Shown piece by piece: positions 1 through 12,577 of a stretch of 64,000 nt of DNA. How positions within the stretch are numbered: position 1 is the first letter of the stretch; the number at the start of each line of letters is the position of its first letter. This DNA is from Marsupella aquatica (lineage: Eukaryota > Plantae > Marchantiophyta). A program made the position numbers and the translations under genes. The stretch covers positions 22,085,168 to 22,149,167 of the forward strand of contig OZ316891.1 of assembly GCA_973895155.1 (NCBI GenBank). Reading direction: 5' to 3'. The notes below the pieces were generated by a model. It had not been told where the DNA came from, searched no databases, and worked only from the letters and a program-made list of their open reading frames with translations.

Positions 1-1465
1 AAGTTGAGGGCCCCATTCTTAAGGACTGAGTACATGCGAGTTGCGCCTTATAGTGCCACGAGTGTACCAGTGCCCGTCCTGCCTTCATCATATTACGCAG
101 AGTAATCGCAGCAGCAGAAGAGAAAACAACAAACTCGGTAGGTGACGAAGACATCATAGCTGCACGAGAGGAAATTGGCCGAATGTACTTGCCTGGGCTG
201 AGATTTAGTCTATAGGAATAATAGCGAGAGAATCAGCCGATAGACGAGGCTTTGCTTTCGGCCAAGAAGTGCAGAGTGGAGTAGAGCAGGGGTTGCGACT
301 CTGTTATCATTTCGTTGCAGCTGTTGTTGTTGTGGGAGATGGCCGCGGTTTCAGCTACGATCGTGGGTGGTGGTCTCGGATCCGTTGCTGGGCGGCAGAC
401 GGCTGCAACCCAGCTGTGGATCTCGATTGGAGGCCGTAGCGAGCGCCCTTTGAGAAATTCGAGGACTGTCCGGTGCCGTTCCCCACCATGTTCCATTTCA
501 GCTGGGTTCCATTCCTCCCCTTCGTCCATTTCAGCTGGTTTTTCGATGTTCGTATCTATTGTAGTAGAGTTGGTCATTGAAGAGAAGCTTTTCTGTGGTG
601 TGCGTTACAATAATTCCTGGTCTAGACTGTATGGCATTGTCATCTGTTGGAGTTTAGTATTTTTCTGACATGAAAGCATCTTTGATGCTTCCTGTCTGCA
701 ATCTGTGTTGTGCCGTGCTTACTGTAGCAGAGAGTGTTTTTTTATAACTGTCAATAGTGTCCTTGATATAGAACGATGAGACGCCTTGGAAGCTTCAGAG
801 GTAGAACTCAAGTCCTGCGTATTTCTCTCGATATTGTGTCCACGTACAATGAGGACTGCTTCACTTGAGAGTTGACGATTTAAAAGCCAATGGGTGCATA
901 GCATGTTAGCTTTTTCCACGGTTCCGTCCCAGTACGTGAGTGCAATTTGTGTGGTGTGGCTTTAGTCGTATTGTGGCGTTTCGTTGGATAGATTTGCTGT
1001 TGGTCGGAGTTCCTGGGCTCTATTTCTAAGGAAGGAAGGAAGTATTGTTCAGCCCTCACTAGCTCGGGAATCTAACTTCTAGGTGTTGGCATTGTCAGGG
1101 CCGATGGTAGGTAAACTGCATATGGACACCTGCTGCGGGGCGACCCAAGTAGAGGTCGTCCGTGAAATGTGCAGCGGCAGTCCAAAACAAACCCATCGGA
1201 AGCGACCAAATGCTGGTTCGATGCAGACTTTGGAACTCCGTCTTGATGTCCATGCTGCCCGTAAAATCAGAGTAGAAAAATAAAGCAAAGCTGAATTCTG
1301 TCAATTCAATTACTTTGAAGTCGCACATTTTAGTACCACAGGGGCTCACCGATTAGCAGATTTTAGTATTTTTAGTATTTTAATATTTTTGTTCTCGGCA
1401 CGCTTCATTTTTATTGCAGTTTTAGTAGTGTGAGATCTATCCTTTACGATTTGTTGTCTTGACAG

Positions 1466-4304
1466 GTATACGTTCCGCCGCATCCCCTCATCAAGCACTT
1501 CATGTCAATTCTTCGCAATGAGGTTACTCCACCTGCTCTATTCAGTAAGTACAATTACTAGCGCCTTATGAAGATTTTGGCCCCACTGTATTTGATGTAC
1601 TGAAATAGCCCTGAATATTAGTGGTGGACTTTACTGCAGAACTGTTTGGGCAGGGAACCTTTGATAGCATTATCCAAACCTTAGCTTTATGTTATTGATC
1701 ACAATTTTAAAAGATCGCGTCTTTCAGACAGATATACTGCCACATATTGTTGCAACCCATGGTTGTGCGGGATCCTTCATGCCAGTTTCATAGTACCAAA
1801 TTCCTGGCCTAAGTTCGTATTGTTGTTTGGTGATTGAAAACCTTCCCGACTCTTCTATGTCAAACAGTGAGTGCAATGTCGGAGCTGGGACGGCTTTTGA
1901 TTTATGAAGCCTCCCGTGATTGGCTGGTAAGATTTTAAAACAGCTGGGACTATACACCGGAAAGAGGTCAAGGGATAGCGTTCAAGGCCCTTCGTTTTGT
2001 TTCATTGTTGCACCCCTTCGTTGTGCGGGATCCTTCATGCCATTCTCATAGTACCAAATACCTGGCTTAAAGTTCGTATTCCTGTTTGGTGATTGAAAAC
2101 CTATCTGACTCTTCTATGTCAAACAGGGAGTGCAATGTCGGAGCTGAGAAGGCTTTTGATTTGTGAGGCCTCCCGTGATTGGCCGGTAAGATTTTAAAAA
2201 CAGTTGGGACTATGCACCGGGAAGAGATCAAGGGATAGGGTTTAAGGCCCGTCGTTTTGTTTCATTGTTGAGAGTATCATTTATGTTCCTGATTAATTTT
2301 GCGAGGGAGAAAAGTTTTCTGAACGGAGTGTGATAGAAAAATAGATTATGCAGAGTTCTCCTATATCATCTTGGATTTGCGCCTCAAATATGCGGGTTTG
2401 TCCTTCATCCGTCGTTGACAGGTAACAATAACCGGTGAAGTACAAAAACCTTGTGGATTGGCATATGTTGAGTTCATTGACCCAAGGGTGCCTGCCAAGG
2501 TCTGTTCCTGATTGCTCGGTTCTCAATGAATTTGTCGTTTCCTAGTATTTCTAGGATCGATAATAAACTCTTGCAACTTATAGACACTGGAGGTGTGTAG
2601 TAAATGCCCCAAATATGTCTTACAGGGGAAGTGCCGTGACATTATGTGCTACCAACGAGGAGTAAATATAATTAATACATATGTTCATGAAGATATTAAG
2701 GTTTATTGACTTCATGAATCATGACGTTAAGTTTGATACTTTTTTTCCATGTCAACTGCATTGGACTGTAATATCAGGATATGTTCGGGACGAGGAGACT
2801 TTACTGCCCAAACTCTATCTGAACAAGTGAGTTCTTTTTGCATTTCTTGCTGGAATAGACTGATACTGTCTTTATTTACATATTACCTGTTCAAGATAAA
2901 GTTTTTCATCCATTAGCTGGAGTCTACTGCTATAGTTTGCGGGTTTGGTGGAAGCACATGGGTGACAACTGAGGATTGATAGTGTGGTATTCCTAATACG
3001 GAAGATTTTGCCTATTTTCAGTAGACTGATTATCACGTTTGCATATCAAAGAAAGCATATCTAAGGTTGTAGCCTCTACCTCCTAGTTTCAATCAAGGCT
3101 TGGAATGTCTCGATAGATAAGTTTGAACAAAGGTCATGCACCGTTCATCAGTTTCTTGAACTGCACACTTGCAGAACAATTTCCTGAGAACTCGAGAGTG
3201 CTCGTCACGGACCCCATGCTCGCAACTGATATTTCTCTGTGCGAAGGAACAAGGCCTGCAGGAAACTTAACTGGTTTGCATGAATAATTCTCAAACTTCT
3301 GTTCAAAGAGTAGGTTTAGAATTGTACTGTAAGGGGCATGGTTAGTACTAAATTACTTTCACCTAAACCTGAAGTCGAACATCTGACTTTTCGAAAGCCC
3401 TTGTGAGATCCTGATATCCTGGTTTGGATTCCACAAAGTAAATGTTTATGTTTTTGTAGATTTTGTCATTCTTTCTGGAAGAAGTCTGAGAAGTAGTTGT
3501 CAGTTTTATTGCTGGATTTTGATATTGTCGAAGCGAATCTCCTGTTTCGTTCACAGGTGTTACAATTGTTGCCGCGATCGATGAGCTCGCACGCCGTGGT
3601 GTAAATCATAAGCTTATTCGCGTGGCAAGACCACCTCACTTTTACTTTGTATTTGTGGATCTCAGACCCCGTGGCAGTACGTTTGACCAACGTTCGCCTA
3701 GCAGGGTATAATGTATGACTCTTTGTAATAAGTATCCTCCTTCACGATTATTTAATGTATTCTGGATATTTTGTCCATAGATTGCTGCAGTTGCTGCTCC
3801 GCCAGCTTTGGAAAAGTTAAGCAAGAAATTTCCCGGGTAATTCTCAAGCTTGCCTCCGGCTTCTCTTATCTATATTTGATGGAAGTCGTATTCAATCAAT
3901 TACCTCTTTGGACCTCTTTTGTTTTCCATCTTTGTACTTTGTTTATTCCCATTTGTATAAACTATCGTTCTATTCTGTATTCAATTCATTTTCAAGTTCA
4001 AACAAACTGATTATATTCTCATTTATTGTGGCAGGTTGCATTTTTACACCGGTATCATTGATGAAACTCCCAATGAAAAGGGGTGAGTTGTCCTCTATAA
4101 GGTCATGTGATTCTGGGAGATCTTAGAATTATCATAGATTGAGCGTTGTGAAAGTGAAGACTGAAAACAGTTATTGAGACAGTGGACTGTACTTTCCATT
4201 TTTGGTACATCAGTCCTGTTGTGGATAACCTTATTTGCCCTACAAATGTCAGGTACATTGTCCCAGGCCTTGGAGATGCTGGTCACCGCAGCTTTGGCAC
4301 ATGA
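1466..4304 (+). pseudogene. UPP: Uracil phosphoribosyltransferase (plant chloroplast UPP-type), multi-exon, probably decayed
   Basis: Splice-bounded exons translate to VYVPPHPLIKHFMSILRNEVTPPALF (1466-1544), SAMSELGRLLIYEASRDWL (1868-1926), VTITGEVQKPCGLAYVEFIDPR (2422-2499), GYVRDEETLLPKLYLNK (~2779), RVLVTDPMLAT (~3175, PRPP-binding), GVTIVAAIDEL (~3557), IAAVAAPPALEKLSKKFPG (~3781), LHFYTGIIDE (~4034) and YIVPGLGDAGHRSFGT* (ends 4304). The VPILRAG exon was not found and one exon is duplicated. Confidence 0.85.
1760..2270 (+). repeat. ~260-bp tandem duplication including a UPRT exon
   Basis: The unit gttgtgcgggatccttcatgcca...ttttgtttcattgttg occurs twice, giving exon copies at 1868-1926 and 2127-2185. 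Confidence 0.9.
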
Positions 4305-6679
4305 CCATGGATTGCGTCCAAAAGCTCGGGAGGACGTTAGTGCCTGCGATCCTACTTTTTGAGACATTTAGCATTGAATTCCTTACCACTGTTTGGAAGC
4401 GATTGCTTCTATTTAGTGCATAATGGTTCTGCACTGTGTTTTTGGTACCCAGGCCAATAACAGTAGGCTTTGATTGACGATCCAAAGCATGTAACACTGC
4501 TTGCCTACCCACTGCTCCGAGGTTCCTGTGTACACCAATGGATTACCCGCAGAAGGAATTTTGACTATTCTGTTTCTAGTCTCGAAGTTTGCTCAGGATG
4601 CCCCGTAATAGAGATTAGGGTGTTGAGATGTTGAGGTAGTATATCGAGGATTTTTTTGGGAATGATGGCCCATCCGATAAATTGGTAGGTCTTCGAGCTT
4701 TTTTGAGCTTCTGGGTTTTGAAGTGTTTAGTTACAGCAGAGGACAAATTTTGTAACGGATCCTTTCTTTCATACAATGACAATTGTTTAAATGACTCTGT
4801 ATTCATCTTTATGAACGAAGAGGCGCTCGATTACCAGTAATTACTGGCAATAAGGAGAACTGGTGCCAATCACACAAGTGAGGCTTGTTGGCCAGTCTAG
4901 GTGACCAAGGGTCCTCCTACATAATTATAACATGGGTTATGTTCCAAACCAGCTAGTTCTGCCTAAGTTCAATCCCAGAGTGAGACTATGCTCCTACACA
5001 ACATGCGTGATGTTCCAAATCACTTAGTTATGCTTCTACTCGGTTCATGTTATGCCCCAAATTGGAATCAGATAGGTTTGCTCCTCATATAGCATATTGG
5101 ATAAGAATTATACAAAAGTATATGAATGTGAAACTCGCTCCTCCCACAAGCTAGTTGCACTCTAAGGCTGTAGAATGGTGCCATGATATATTGTCCCGTT
5201 TGAAAGGAAAAAATGTAGAAATGGTGGCGCGATATTGTGGAACGCCAGAACTGTCACGCTACTGTACACTCTGCCTATGACTCATCCAAACACAAGACTT
5301 TAAGCTTGCACTTGTCTTACTACGCATGGTTTGATAAAATCTGCGTCTATTCACTCTCGGACCAGCTTGGAAGAGTTTACCCAACCTAGTCGTCGAGAAC
5401 GTTGTGGGAACAACACGGAAGCTCTTTGGATTTCAGGATTACGCGATCGGAAATGCTCGGGGGAGCCCATCAACGACAATATCCTACCTGATGAGTCATA
5501 CATCGTCGGTACTGAGGCGAAGAAAGCCTGCGAAGATGGTGAAATCCAGCAGTGAATTGCTGCCAGGAAAGATGCAGGCAAACGTGATTGCAGGGTATAC
5601 GGAATCTTCAGATGTCTGGGAGTTTGTCCAAATTGGCCTTGAGGGGAAACTTTTGGTCTCAACGGAGTTGCTACTCAAAATTCCCACATGCAAGGAGGAG
5701 CTGTCCGGGCTCGCTTTGTGTATTCCAATGTGCTTTCCTAGTTTCACGCAACACATCACCCAGCCGGCCTCTGTTGAGACAGTATGTGTCTGTTACAAGC
5801 TGGTTCTATGCCACGCTATGTGCACCAGTCTTTTGTTAATCCACTTCGTGAGGCATTGCCACAATTGGCCGTGTGTGCTTCAGGGTAGTATGTGATAAGT
5901 TGATGGTGAACTGGTGAAATAACCTTCTGTAGAATGCTTAGAATGTGCAGGGTCCTTCGAATTAATTCAGCTATTTGTGAGAAATTGCAAAGCTCAACAG
6001 CGTGTGAGTCGGAAATGGATTGGGCCGGCCTACAGGCTGCTGGTTGGTGCTCTATCTCTGCGTGGATTTTGTGTTGTGACAACCAATCAAGCCAGACTTT
6101 TAAGGACTTGAAGCCTTGTGACGAATTCAGCAAAGAAGCATCGGAGTTTATCACTCCATTGAACTTGGTTGAGTACTTGTAAATTGCAACCAGTACTCGT
6201 CCAGCCTGTGTTTGAGAGCCAAGACATCTAGAAGTTCTTTGATCTTGGGGTCGGGTCCTGCTTGAAGAACTGCACCCGTTTCTGAGATTGAACACGGGAA
6301 ACACCATTTTCAATAGCGAATGGTTCACGAAATTCAATATTTTTATACTCTTCTAAACTTGTGGACCGTGCCACACTATTTAGGAGAGCTCAGATGATAC
6401 CCTTTGATGTGGCTTGAACACTCTACTTATCAACTATTGAGATCTAACAAAAGGATACCATTTCCCTTAAATAATGGAATGCTTCACTCTGCTGAAAAAT
6501 GTTGCCTACTTAAGAATTCGAGCCCGTCTAGACTATTGTTTAAACCGAAGACAAATGTAATATTCGTGACAGGTTCTGCTTCAATCTCAGTATCGATTTT
6601 CGAGACTCTATAAAGGAAAACCTACTTTCGTGGAATAAATGATTGAATGCTTCACTGTCTTAAAAAATTGGTGCCAATC

Positions 6680-7799
6680 CTAAATTGGAGCTGGGAACAG
6701 TTCCACACAGGTTTTGAAAGCTAAGACGTCGGTGATTTTGACGACCTGCTCAACAGATTCTAGTTTTCGAACTGCATCAGTTCGAGAACAATTGCTGCCC
6801 CATACGTGAATGCTTGGCTTCCTCTGGTTCGGTGAACCCAGATTGAGATAATTGGAAAACCACTTGATGACATCTCGCTTTCGAATACCCTGTACTTCCA
6901 CGGCTTCAAGCTTCCTGGCCTCGAACAAGTATCTTCTCTCCCATATCTGCTCCCAGGAGCGGTCTGTTTCATCCATTAAAGAATTATCCCTCTCCATTTT
7001 GTCTGCAATGAAGGCCTTGAAACTCCTCATCGCTCTTACCCGTTAAGATCTGTTGAATTGTACCAATGAAGGCATTCATGCGTTCATGAAGAAACGATGT
7101 TCGATACTTTGAGTCCTGAACTAGAATGCAAAATCCTAACACTTGTGTAACTCACAACCCACAGTCCACGCTGTAACCAACTTGCTCCTTTGTCCTCAGC
7201 TGATTGAAGCATGGCTCGTCGACGCTTGCTTCAAAAAGATCGAGCATGGCCCTGGATCGCAAGGATTGCTGACCCACATCTTGTTCCAGTTGAAAATACA
7301 TCTCAACGACTGAATTTTCCTCAGACTCGTTCTTGACATCCGCATCATAAACGAATGAATTGACTGGCAGCTTCTAAACCATTTCCTTTGGCCTTAATTC
7401 AGGAGGCAAGACCTTGGAAACGAGAGCCTCCTCTAAGATCTTGACGATGATGAGTGCCTCGTCTTCTGACAGGTTTCCATGGCACAGAACTTCCATGTAG
7501 TCTGCTCAAAGAGCTGAGGAACGAACTCTAGAACATCTCGAGAGAGAGAGACAGGAGGCATGTGAGTTTCTCATCCACTTGCCAAAAGCACCGTTGAAGA
7601 ATCTGGAGTAAGCAGAATGTTTCAGGGGCTTCATATTCGTATTTCGGTAAAATGTTTCAAATCTTTCTGCATAGCCTGAAAGCGGTCTTCACTGGGCACA
7701 AATGTAGGACATAGCTCAGCAATCTTGCGGGCAAGTACAGGGAGTTTCTCATTGAACACAAGCAGCTTCAGTTTAAGTTTGCCTCCAGAAACTGACACA
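6680..7799 (-). pseudogene. Nardilysin/insulinase (peptidase M16) C-terminal fragment, intronless and frameshifted (retrocopy-like)
   Basis: Peptides FNEKLPVL, NTNMKPLKHSAY, LCHGNLSEDEA, VKNESEENSVVEMYFQ, FNQLRTKEQVGYSV and SWEQIWERRYLF are typical of plant nardilysin-like proteins. There are several frameshifts or stops and no introns. Confidence 0.85.
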
Positions 7800-7870
7800 A
7801 ATTGGCCGTGTGTGCTTTAGTAGAGAGTTTCAATCAGAGCATCATGCAAAAGTCCCAATGAGTGATTTGA

Positions 7871-8893
7871 TCAAAGCATTGAAAATGCTGCATCCATGAT
7901 ATCCGGGTCGTTTCCACAGGCGCTGCATGCTTCACAATAAACTCTTCTTTTGCTCTGCGTATCTGCGATTGCAATTGCTTTTGCCCACAATTTCCCATTG
8001 GGAGAACAAACTTTAAGTGCCCTAGCCATTAACAAGCTCTGCTGTTTGATTCTCGACTGACCTGTCAGAGCTCTGCCTTCTAGATTAATTGCTGCAATCC
8101 ATAATGAAGGATCAATTTCATTCCAGTACCTTGCTCGTTCTAAAACAGCACGAACTCTGTTGAACCCCTTCTTTTCCACCACTTCAGCTAAAGCCAACCA
8201 AAGAGCACAGCTGTGCTCACAAGTTTTGAGACCCTTCTCCAAAACTTGTTCTGCTCGTTCAAGATTGCCACATTTGTGCTCCAGCTGCCCTAACCTAAGA
8301 TGAAATTCAGCAGATGCTACAAAATGCTCCTCAGGAGAAAATTGGCAAACTTCTAAATAAAACAACTTGGCAGTTGCTGGAAATCCAGCAGTCACCAAAT
8401 CATCCACCTGTTCCATACATTGCTCATGGTCCCCCTCCTGCTTCAAATCTAGTGCTAAATGAAGAAGTACCTCCCCTGTTTTCAAAAATCTTTTTTTTTC
8501 CAGCTGTTTTGCAAATCTAATCCACATCTCATTACCAACTCTTGTCCTCAAAGTCCTCAAGCCTCTGTCTAGAATACCCTTGATCAGATCCCAATTCCCA
8601 ATTTCCTCTTCCAAAGAGGCATGTGCTATCCAAATCCTGGGCTCAGAGGGCATCTTTACCGCACATTGTTCTAGAATCAGTCTAACCTCATCATATACTC
8701 CCAAACGTGACACACTAAACCAATAATCATCATAAGCTATACAAGTGCAAGCAGCCCTGTAAAGGAGATGTCTTACTGAGACATCGTTCTCCACATATTC
8801 CATAAGATGTTTTTTAGCACCCAGTGAAATGTGACATAATGCACTTCGAATTGTACTCTCTTCTTTTTGGCAACCATGGTCATCCTGCTCCAT
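7871..8893 (-). CDS. HAT/TPR-repeat protein resembling the C-terminal part of pre-mRNA splicing factor PRP6/STA1
   Basis: 340-aa ORF with HAT-type repeats (PSEPRIWIAHASLEE, LRLGQLE, LWLALAEVVEK, RAVLERAR, LWIAAINLE, LMARALKVCSPNGKLWAKAI). It is intronless and much shorter than PRP6. Confidence 0.7.
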   Translation of the reverse strand: MEQDDHGCQKEESTIRSALCHISLGAKKHLMEYVENDVSVRHLLYRAACTCIAYDDYWFSVSRLGVYDEVRLILEQCAVKMPSEPRIWIAHASLEEEIGNWDLIKGILDRGLRTLRTRVGNEMWIRFAKQLEKKRFLKTGEVLLHLALDLKQEGDHEQCMEQVDDLVTAGFPATAKLFYLEVCQFSPEEHFVASAEFHLRLGQLEHKCGNLERAEQVLEKGLKTCEHSCALWLALAEVVEKKGFNRVRAVLERARYWNEIDPSLWIAAINLEGRALTGQSRIKQQSLLMARALKVCSPNGKLWAKAIAIADTQSKRRVYCEACSACGNDPDIMDAAFSML

Positions 8894-8989
8894 CCTTTCA
8901 GTAACCCTATGGCTGATCCTTCTTCCAATGCTGGCATTCAGAGAACTTATAGCAGATCGCCTCGATTGCTTTTATGTATTGCACTGTAG

Positions 8990-9945
8990 CCTGTTCCAAC
9001 CACAATTATCATCAACACAACACCTTGGCTCGCGAATGAGCAGCCCTGCACGTAGTCCATCACGTCCTATTCAAATTCCTTCGATACAACCTTCAAATGG
9101 ACAACTCCACCGCAGAAAATGGTCTGAGAATTGTGCTTATACAAGTTAAATCACGCATGGATTACCTGAAGTGGTAAGTGTCGCGATAGCTTTTCACTTT
9201 GGACTTGAATTTAAGAGCCGCATAGATGCTCAAATCAGGTAGAATCCAATTGGAATGAGCGACTGGGCCTGGTCGGTTTAGCAATAAGTTGATTCAGCCT
9301 CTGAAGCCGATCTTACGCCTGCTTAGATAATAGTATTGTTTGAACGCCGGAATGTCCAACCACTTGGGTACGCGCATTGTAGTAAGCACTCTGCTAGGCG
9401 CATACTGGGCCATCTTCCTCACTGCAAACGTGACCCATTCTATGTCAGGTGGGGTTCGACTTTATTTATTGCACTGGAACCTGTTCGAACCACAATAAAC
9501 ACAACACCTTGGCTCGCCAATGCAGCAGCCCTACACGTAGTCTATCACGTCCTATTCAAATTTCTACGATACAACCTTCAAATGGACAACTCCACCGCAG
9601 AAAATGGTCTGAGAATTGTGCTTATACAAGTCAAATCACGCATGGATTACCTGAAGTGGTAAGTGTCGCGATAGCTTTTCACTTTGGACTTGAATCTAAG
9701 AGCCGCATAGATGCTCAAATCAGGTAGAATCCAATTGGAATGAGCGACTGGGCCTGGTCGGTTTAGCAATAAGTTGATCCAGCCTCTGAAGCCGATTTTA
9801 CGCCTGCTTAGATAATAGTATTGTTCGAACGCCGGAATGTACAACCACTTGGGTACGCGCATTGGAGTAAGCACTCTGCTAGCCGCATGCTCCGGCCATC
9901 TTCCTCACTGCAAGCGTGACCAATTCTATGTCAGGTGGGGTCCGA
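8990..9945. repeat. ~484-bp tandem repeat (about 2 units)
   Basis: caccttggctcgc occurs at 9021 and 9505 and the units are near-identical. Confidence 0.92.
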
Positions 9946-10737
9946 CCAAGCTATCTTCGTTGGTGTTTCAGGACTGTGAAAATGGTTGCGACGCATGCAG
10001 ACTGAGCTAGAAAATCTCGTTGCGCTAAAAGCAACACCAACGGACATCGCAGAGCGGGAAGGACGATAGCACAACGGTACAGTCAATTGAAACAATAAAA
10101 ATACCTTTTCAACTGACAATTGCTGAAAGGAACGAGCACCTGGCCACCGCTGGAGTGTCCAACTAAATAAATCGGGTGGTTCTCGTCCAACTCGTGAGAG
10201 TGTCCTGAAATTACGCCACCATCCAAGTTTAGATGCCACACTCTAGCTTGGAACCCCAGTAGTCTTCATCCCGCCTTCTAATTGAAAGGCGAAACGAACA
10301 CTGAGGGCAGGCGGCCGGTCCCGTGGGCAGGCTAAGGAAGAAAATATTAGCATACTCTTTAATTGAGATATTACGCACATATGACCAGAACTATTGAAAA
10401 TCAAATACAAACAAAGGACTTTTAGGTCCTTCTAGAACTAATATAACCAAGATGTGTCTATACCGCACATGGTTGACACATCCAAGATGGTCTTAGGGAA
10501 AGAAGATAATCAAGGGAATGCCAACCACCGACGAGTACCCAGTTGTATAGGGACAAAATATAGCATCGGAGAGACGATGATCCCTTTTTAGACTCACCCA
10601 TCTTGACTGCTCACTTAGATCGAGAGGCTCATAATACACAACACTCTGGGCCTGCTCCAAAGGGCAACCACAATATGAATATCAAACAACGGGACATTGG
10701 AATAATAACGTCTTGATCCTAACGGGCGGCCCCCTTC

Positions 10738-12171
10738 TCAAATGTGAAGAGCAGAAATGTAAGTTCCGGGCCACGGCTCACGAGAAGCCCAGCCAACTAA
10801 CCCAGGCGAAATGGGGACATCGATTCTTGCTCTCCGCCACACAATTTCCTTGTTTCCACCACCAACGCGGCCTCGACTTCGAAGAAGTAATTTTACTTTT
10901 TCGAATTCTCTTTCTTGCTCTACCGTCACAATGGCAAGAAGCTCTTCGCCAACCGCTAGAACTTCCATCGGTACAACCCTGAAAGAATCAACTGGTCCCA
11001 TCTCGATCTCAGTGAAAGAAGATGCATGAAGATATTCCCATGATCTTTTTTCAAAATCGTAGACATAAATGCTCGAACCGTCCATGGAATAAATCTTCCC
11101 GTGTGCAGTAAACATTATCTTGGGTTGCATATTTTGTACCGGATAGAGATCTTTCGGTAACATTATCCCCTCAGTAAAGTCTAACCCACAGAGACCCCAC
11201 CCATAGACACCCCGGATGAAAAGTTCCACTGTTGTCCACTCATCTCTGATTGGATTATAAACCTCCAAGTTGTGATATATTTCGTGATGCCAAAACGGGT
11301 CACCAAATCTAGGACCAACAAGTCCACCATGCATCACGAACTTGTCTCCCAGCAATGCCACCTGATGTCCACATCGCCCAGAATTCAAGGGCTTAATAAA
11401 AGACCAAGTGTTGTCTTTCGGATTATATACCTCTGACGTGCCTATATGCGCGTCATCAGTACCACCAAAAACATAAATTTTGCCATCAAGGACACCGCAT
11501 CCGAAATGGCGTCTTTCAGTTATCTGCATATTTGCACACTGTTGCCAGCCCACTTGCCCCGCCACATCAAATGCCAACATTCGGCTTGAACCAGTTGGGG
11601 GTTCTCCAGTTGGAAATTCTCCAGTATCGGCCAAGGTATGAACCTGCATCACATACACTTTGCCATCTAACGACACACTTCTGTACCAATACGTACCCGT
11701 GAAGGGGGTAGGAAAAGGCGGTAATGGAGGGAGCTCGTAGCAACGATCCTCTTTCATCGAGTAGAGAACAATCGAAATTGCACAAAAGCTTTCCTTTCTC
11801 GCCACAAAACCTTCAGAACGAAAATATGGAACAACAATGAGCGTATCAGTCGAGCGATAACAGTCTCTCCCAGCATGGACTCGGCCGCTTCGAATCTCCT
11901 GGAGCCAAGTTCGACTTACTGACGACAAGGCGTAAGTATCTTTCCAAGACAATTTCGGAACTATGTGACCCATTGTGATGTCATCCAAGATCCCTGGCAG
12001 AAACATGGAGTCAAGTACCTTCGAGAGAATCGACCGGCTGTTATTGCCGGTACTTCTCACCGTTGCCCGCTTCGTTCTTTTGGCCTTGAAATTGTCACGC
12101 AATTTCATTTCATGACATAATAAGATACATCGGGGCAGCAACACAGGCCACTTTGTTCTTTTGTTTCCCAT
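10738..12171 (-). CDS. F-box/kelch-repeat protein
   Basis: 477-aa intact ORF with an F-box-like LPGILDDITMGHIVPKLSWKDTYALSSVSRTW and kelch repeats (RRHFGCGVLDGKIYVFGG, SEVYNPKDNTW, EVYNPIRDEW). The true start may be a downstream Met. Confidence 0.85.
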   Translation of the reverse strand: MGNKRTKWPVLLPRCILLCHEMKLRDNFKAKRTKRATVRSTGNNSRSILSKVLDSMFLPGILDDITMGHIVPKLSWKDTYALSSVSRTWLQEIRSGRVHAGRDCYRSTDTLIVVPYFRSEGFVARKESFCAISIVLYSMKEDRCYELPPLPPFPTPFTGTYWYRSVSLDGKVYVMQVHTLADTGEFPTGEPPTGSSRMLAFDVAGQVGWQQCANMQITERRHFGCGVLDGKIYVFGGTDDAHIGTSEVYNPKDNTWSFIKPLNSGRCGHQVALLGDKFVMHGGLVGPRFGDPFWHHEIYHNLEVYNPIRDEWTTVELFIRGVYGWGLCGLDFTEGIMLPKDLYPVQNMQPKIMFTAHGKIYSMDGSSIYVYDFEKRSWEYLHASSFTEIEMGPVDSFRVVPMEVLAVGEELLAIVTVEQEREFEKVKLLLRSRGRVGGGNKEIVWRRARIDVPISPGLVGWASREPWPGTYISALHI

Positions 12172-12213
12172 TGAGGTACCAAAAACTGTCGGTCTTCTTC
12201 GTCCTCAATCTCC

Positions 12214-12445
12214 CGTGAGGCCAAAGAAATGCTCAACGCTGCAAGAATTCACTTGTAGCACTCGCCCTTTTGCGTCGCGCCCCTCTTAGAAAATCCCCCA
12301 CCTGCACACCCTAAACTTCGTCCTCGATCGTGAGGCCAAAGAAATGCTGAACGCTGCAAGAAGTTCACTTGTAGCACTCGCCCCTTTGCGTCGCGCCGCT
12401 CTTAGAAAGTCCCCCAGCTGCACACCCTAACCTTCGTCCTCGATC
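12214..12445. repeat. ~116-bp tandem duplication upstream of the F-box/kelch gene
   Basis: cgtgaggccaaagaaatgct...cttcgtcctcgatc occurs twice. Confidence 0.9.
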
Positions 12446-12577
12446 TTGCACGAGCTAATTTCACCAGCTCCAACGACTTCCCACAGGAGACAACTTACTA
12501 CTTTAACCTTCACAGATTCCCGACCCAAGCTGCGCAAGTCTGGAAACCTTCACAGCAGAAGCAGGTGGAAACGGCTC

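Larger units (their letters stand above)
1..9945. repeat. Segmental duplication, copy 1 (left end extends beyond the window)
   Basis: Near-identical to 53343-64000. The ORF track repeats at offset ~53407 (e.g. 233..577 vs 53640..53984; 6680..7030 vs 60085..60435). Confidence 0.97.

Noticed and set aside
233-668. 114/117-aa overlapping ORFs
   Set aside because: No recognisable homology. Their conservation in copy 2 only reflects the recent duplication.
9336-9874. ORFs within the 484-bp repeat
   Set aside because: Frames are not maintained between units and show no domain motifs.
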